Below, piece by piece: positions 58,667 through 64,000 of a DNA stretch of 64,000 bases. The position numbers were made by a program, and so were the translations under genes. The DNA is from Antedon mediterranea (lineage: Eukaryota; Animalia; Echinodermata). Location of the stretch: contig NC_092675.1 in NCBI RefSeq assembly GCF_964355755.1, forward strand, positions 26,756,912 to 26,820,911. The letters run 5' to 3'. Position 1 is the first letter of the stretch. Each line of letters opens with the position of its first letter. The notes beneath the pieces were generated by a model. The model made no database searches and was not told where the DNA came from. It saw only the letters and a program-made list of their open reading frames with translations.

Positions 58667-59923
58667 ACGTAAGTTGGATCAAACATCAAAACAATTTTGT
58701 TGTTAATCTAATTTTTTTTGCTGTGAATGGTTGCTACAACAAATGGAGGTGTTTTTTTTGCAGGAGTACACACATTATCAACTATCTGTTTTACAACACA
58801 TGCAGTAGTAAAGGAATATTTTAAGTTTAAAAACAATTCCCTGTTTTTTAAAGACGCCTATTTGTAATTGACTTACACGGACCTACCTATAGGCCTACTG
58901 TGTTTTTCTATGTAATAAATGTATTGCATTTTACAATATGAATTCCGAAATATGAATATAATATATAGTTATTGTGTTCTGAGATGTACTTTTGAGTTCT
59001 CTCCTACTATTACAGAACTACATACGCGGTGTACCGCAAACTTTATTTCAACATCGTCGTGCAATCCTTCAAACATAATGTGGATGGTTTTAACTTTCTT
59101 AACTATATTAAGATACCACCAAGACTGTGTTAATTCAATGCAGATTACATAATCAAGGCTATAGGCCTATAAACGCCTTCAAGATAATTCCGTATTTTGT
59201 TCAATTTAATAACACGTTTTTGCCTTGCTTTTCATAGAAATGTGCGCTATAATGGTAATATTTGTATATATTTTTTTTCAAATTAAATAAATCATTTTCC
59301 AAACAATAGACATGTTATTATGTTATGTTCATAAATATTTGGGGAGGAGGAGGAGTGTTGGTACCCGGTCTGGGGCGAATATACCTGGTCAAACTGTATA
59401 GCATTATTAGAGACAATGTAATATTATTGCATATAATAATACGTTTCTTATTTCAATAAAAATTAATTTTAATTCACCATAACACATGAGAATAAGAATT
59501 TTGACCTTCAGCCAATATTAACATTATTTGTGTCCAGATATATTATAGAATAAGCAACAACATATCGCATAATAATTTGCTAAAGTTAATTTTAATGATG
59601 ATTTGTTACATTTCTACTACTCTCTTTCTACTCACATAAGCATATTAGTATATACATTAATTAAATTGTGATACATCCGCGTTCTAGATACCTTGGATTA
59701 TTCATTTTCGAGAAATATCGGTCTTCAACAAGTTTAGAGATTTTGTAAACTATACGTCATAGGTCCTAGTAATTACAATTTTGTTGACCACTGCTCGTGG
59801 GAAAGTAATGAAGTTAAAATACAAGATGGTCATTCATTCATTTGGTCAAAATCAATGGGTAAATAATAATAATAACGAATATGAATTCTATTTTAATCCC
59901 TATGTATTTGTATATTATTTATT

Positions 59924-60210
59924 TTATGGTACTGGTTCCCATGGGTCGAAGACACAATCATTTCCATTCAGGCATGGGTCAGCTTGTTCTCGCTGAGGAG
60001 CTGGAAAAAATACAGGTACTGACTGGTTGTGATAGTTGTAGAGTTTAGTTAATAAGAACTTAACAACCGTAGGATACGCTTCAGACAGGTCATTCATTTC
60101 AAGTGGATCTTTCCTGACATTGTACAGCCAAACAATTTGATCGGAATGGCTACTTTGCCCAATTATTGTGGTAAGGCCGGAATCGGGAGGTGCTATCCAA
60201 TCTGTTTGCC
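59924..60210 (-). CDS. Arylsulfatase B/I/J-like, last exon
   Basis: GQTDWIAPP..VWLYNVRKDPLEMNDLSEAYPTVVKFLL..ADP..VFDPW*. Confidence 0.9.
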
Positions 60211-60740
60211 CTGTAAAAAAATAAAGTAACGGCGTAATAGAAGGAAAATACATCATTATTTAGACCGACACGATTAGAGGAAACCAAAATGTTTCGTTTC
60301 TTTTTCCATCAACACTATTTTTTTACTCTACAGCTCACTATGTCGGTCGGTTGGTCGGATGGCCGGTCGGTCGGTAAACACTAACTCAAATTTGAGCACG
60401 CGACTTCAGCCGAGCCATGTATATGGCCTTGTTGTATTTATGTGTTCGAAACGGGGAGAGAGAGTTATGGTGGGGGGGGGGGGGGGAGTGTCTATAGGCG
60501 AGGGAAAGAAAGAGAAACTACCTCTGTTATGGAGGAGTGATTTTGATTTGGGGAGTCTAGTAATTAGGTATAAAAATGACCCGAATTATGGGAAGATTTC
60601 AGACTACTTTTGATAGAGGTATCAACATGACCGTGAAAGTTTTAAACTAAAGGAGTGGGATCGAGGAGAGGTACCCGCTTTTCTGGGGAGAGGTACCCGC
60701 TTTTCTGGGGCGGGTATTTCAGTACCATTGCAAAACTCAC

Positions 60741-60901
60741 CAGTATTTCCAGTCAAAAGCTTCCAGTCTCTGTATCGTATTGCAGCCTCAATACTGACAT
60801 TAAATAGGCTTATATCGACAATCCAATCTCGACCACCAGAAACTACATTCAATGGATTGATGTTGTGCAAAAGTTCAAGACGACTAGAACAAGTACCATA
60901 C
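60741..60901 (-). CDS. Arylsulfatase B/I/J-like exon
   Basis: SSRLELLHNINP..AAIRYRDWKLLTG; AG acceptor, GTGAGT donor. Confidence 0.9.
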
Positions 60902-61069
60902 CTGTTGATTGAGATTGTCAAAATAACTAATAACACATAAAAGTGGATGTTAAGGAGCCTTTGAATTACGACGGCTACCTCTCCTGGGTTTAGAATTTAT
61001 ATTTATTTATTATAAAATTTGAAGCTTTGTAACAACAATAATAACCCTACTTATTGATCTTGAGCTTGG

Positions 61070-61950
61070 ACCTACTTTGAACATGGAGCTACCTTTTGAA
61101 CCCGGAGCTACCCTTTGAACATGGGGCTGCTAACCGTTGAACCTGGAACTACCGGTACCCTTCGTAACCGTCGTAAAATTTGAAGCTTTGTAACAACAAT
61201 AATAACCCCCTTATTTCAGCAAAACAATAGAAACTTTAAATCATGAGTTAACCTTTGAATCTGGATCTAGCCTTTGGACCTGAAGCTAACCCCTTTGAGT
61301 CTGGATCTACCGGAACCTGGACCTACATTGAACATGGAGCTACCCTTTGAACCTGGATCTAACCTTTGAACCTGGATCTACCCTTGAACCTGGATCTACC
61401 CTTTGAACCTGAAGCTACCCTTTGAACCTGGATCTACCCTTTGAACTGAGGCTAACCGTTGAACATGGAACTACCGGTACCCTTTGAACCTGGACCTACA
61501 TTTAACATGGAGCTACCCTTTGAACCTGGATCTACCCTTCGAACCTGGATCTACCCTTTGAACCTGGATCTACCCTTTGAACCTGGATCTACCCTTTCAA
61601 CTCGGAGCTACCCTTTGAACTTGGAGCTACCCTTTGAACCTGGATCTACCCTTCGAACTTGGAGCTACTTTTGAACCTGGCGCTACCTTTTGTTTTTGTT
61701 TTTTTTATAATGCCAATGACCATAACCACCAGGCTACAACATCATCTACCTTTCGGAACTGGAGCTACCCTTTGAACCTGGAGCTATCATTTGAACCTGG
61801 ATCTACCCGTTGAACCTGGATCGACCATTTAAACCTTGACCTATACCCCTTGAACCTGTATTGACAATTGAACCTGGACCTATACCCTTTGAACCTGGAT
61901 CTACCCTTTGAATTTTGAGCTACCCTTTGAACTTTGAGCTACCCTTTGAT
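61070..61950 (+). repeat. Degenerate ~21-bp minisatellite (CCCTTTGAACCTGGATCTA-type) in the sulfatase intron
   Basis: Directly visible, two alternating variants (GGATCT / GGAGCT). Confidence 0.9.
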
Positions 61951-62031
61951 CCCACACACCAGATACCAGTAATATTATGTCATTAAATATTGTCAATTTG
62001 GGAAATGACTGTAATGTTTTAAGAATCATAC

Positions 62032-62284
62032 TTGATAGTATTCCACTGGTTGATTCCATCCAGTGGTTTTGTCCCGTTTGTGTTCCATCCAGCTATACCT
62101 TCAACAATGGTGGGAAACCAATCACTAACGTGGATCAGTCCATTGTTAATAGTGCCCTTAACTTTTACCGAAAGTAATGGACTATGGACAAATCCAACAG
62201 CTCGGATACCTCCTTCGAACAGCGAGAACTTTAAACCACGTAATGGCCAGTTATTACCCTCACTTCCTCCAACGCCACCATTAT
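62032..62284 (-). CDS. Arylsulfatase B/I/J-like exon
   Basis: [52 protein letters not shown]. Confidence 0.93.
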
Positions 62285-62388
62285 CTAGAATGATAATATC
62301 TATTATTTAAATTATCTATTCTGTTATTTCGAAATCAAACAAAAATGTTGCTTTACTTTGGATTAGGCGATAACAACGTAATACTCAC

Positions 62389-62449
62389 CACTAGAAAATA
62401 TTATGATAGTGTCTTCATAGATTCCAGTTTCTTTCAATGCATCTATGAC
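62389..62449 (-). CDS. Arylsulfatase B/I/J-like exon
   Basis: VIDALKETGIYEDTIIIFSS; GTGAGT donor. Confidence 0.9.
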
Positions 62450-63305
62450 CTAATTAATATTATTAAATCATAATATAATTTTTAAATATCATAATATTCA
62501 AAACAATAAATGTGATTTCAAAACACATCATCGTACATACAGATATCTTACCCTCACTTCCGTGAATGTGGGAAGTCTACAGGACCCGACATGACACCAG
62601 CAAAATGACACATAGGCGCAATATTGGTCATATAAAAAAAAACTGTCAAAAAACTATCAAATACCGGCTTACTAAGTGGTTGATATTCTAGAAAGGAAGA
62701 TTGGAAAGAGGGATATACATAGTAACATTAGAGAGGAATAATGTTTATTTCCATGTCCTGGATAAGCTGCTAACAGGCTGGCTTAAGGAAAAGAAGATCA
62801 TCAGACCGAAGAGTATCATTGAACAGTACACTCATAGTGATTCTTGACAGGGAATCACTATGGCGTCTATATTAGACTGATCAAGAAGTTATACATCCAT
62901 TTCTTTCATGGTAAAGAAATGTCAGAGAGCAGAACAAAGTAAAAAGATGCTGAATGGGTAAAGAACTGCCAGTCAGCAGAACCAAGTAAATAAGATGCTG
63001 CATGGGTAAAGAACTGTTATAAGGCAGAACCAATTACAATTATGAGTAGGCCTAATACCGTACTGTAAATGACATTATAATCTTGTACGGTGTAATTCAT
63101 CCAACATGTACGCAAAATCGTTTAATTCCTTACAGGAAAAAAGCAATAAAACAACTTGCGGCAGTTCAGTTTATTACAAGTGTTACAACAGCATAATTAT
63201 AATATTATTATACGTTTTAAATTACAAAATTCGACGCTTATTACAAAGTGTCAAATAATAAAAATTTTAATAAGGAACCTTAGTTTGAGTAACATGTCAA
63301 ATTAC

Positions 63306-63455
63306 CTTTCCAATGCCTTCATCTAAACAACTCACCATCGCGGCATAAGAAAGTCTGTTTTCATCAGTAAATATACCGCGCAGTGGTTCTTTATACTCAT
63401 CTGGTACTTCGAGTGGAGAATGTGGTGCTTGGTACGACAGGTACAAAAACAAAGG
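63306..63455 (-). CDS. Arylsulfatase B/I/J-like exon
   Basis: PLFLYLSYQAPHSPLEVP..YAAMVSCLDEGIGK. Confidence 0.92.
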
Positions 63456-63577
63456 CTGGGAAAAAATGAGTGTTATGTTATTAAATATTTAAATTAATAC
63501 CGTATAAGTAAATGGCCTGGACTTTTACATTGATGAGAGATAGGCATGGGTGGGTTGGGTGGTAATAGTTGCCTTAC

Positions 63578-63750
63578 CTTGTCTTCCGTTTTGTTCTTTA
63601 TTATGTCTATGGCTTCATCAGTAAAAACGTGAGTAGAGTATGTACCATTGTACTCAAATGCAGGTAAGTAGTTTCGATGGAAGTCGTAGCCATCAACCAG
63701 TGGTGGTAGAGATTTGTGACTATAGTGAGTGCCGAAACCAAGATACAACC
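63578..63750 (-). CDS. Arylsulfatase B/I/J-like exon (gene continues beyond the window)
   Basis: GLYLGFGTHYSH..GYDFHRN..YNGTYSTHVFTDEAIDII. Confidence 0.9.
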
Positions 63751-64000
63751 CTAAACAGAACATACGTTTTGTTTGATTACATTAAGTTATGAAATGTGCA
63801 ACTAAATTGTGTGACGTTATTTAAAAGATATTTAATATTAAAAAAAATAATTGTCATGTTTACAATTAATTAATTAATCACTGTCATCACCATGGTAATT
63901 ATTATCTTTATATCCGGTAATGTGCATATCCAGTTTAGAAATTTTATTTCTCAGATTCGGATACCTTTTATTACACACTCTTGCACTTCGCAAAGGTTAA

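Noticed and set aside
55277-59372. cagaccggg / cccggtctg as TIRs around the THAP-atonal cassette
   Set aside because: Only a 9-bp match and the flanks show no TSD
61459-61674. 71-aa ORF in the sulfatase intron
   Set aside because: Translation of the minisatellite
62520-63020. Higher-complexity intronic segment resembling a coding relic
   Set aside because: Frames are interrupted and no family could be recognised without a search

Overview
AT-rich eukaryotic (metazoan) genomic DNA, probably a deuterostome invertebrate such as an echinoderm (inferred from Deu/Nin-domain SINEs, intron style and repeat content). It is not prokaryotic and has no CRISPR array. Three spliced genes can be reconstructed by hand from GT-AG sites: (1) a 3-exon MADF/BESS-type transcription factor (+, 1515-3569); (2) a 13-coding-exon FAM149 (DUF3719, FAM149B1-like ciliary) gene (-, 51123 to 8597), whose ~30.5-kb first coding intron holds several candidate alternative first exons; (3) the 3' six exons of an arylsulfatase B/I/J-like gene (-, 63750 to 59924). 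The large FAM149 intron contains a nested stack: a deleted Sola2 DNA transposon (25858-34127, ~500-bp TIRs, AATA TSD) into which a 5.7-kb Foldback/MULE-like element (26354-32038, 9-bp TSD, TIRs built of 21-bp arrays, two further internal arrays) and a Deu/Nin SINE have inserted. Between FAM149 and the sulfatase is a head-to-head pair of a degenerate THAP12-like gene and an atonal-type bHLH gene; the bHLH is split in helix 2 by a scrambled Gypsy insertion with a 5-bp TSD. Many MITEs, 5S- and tRNA-derived SINEs, minisatellites and footprint-like TACAGTA/TAGGCCTA motifs are also present. All calls come from manual reading and recalled family motifs; no searches were run.
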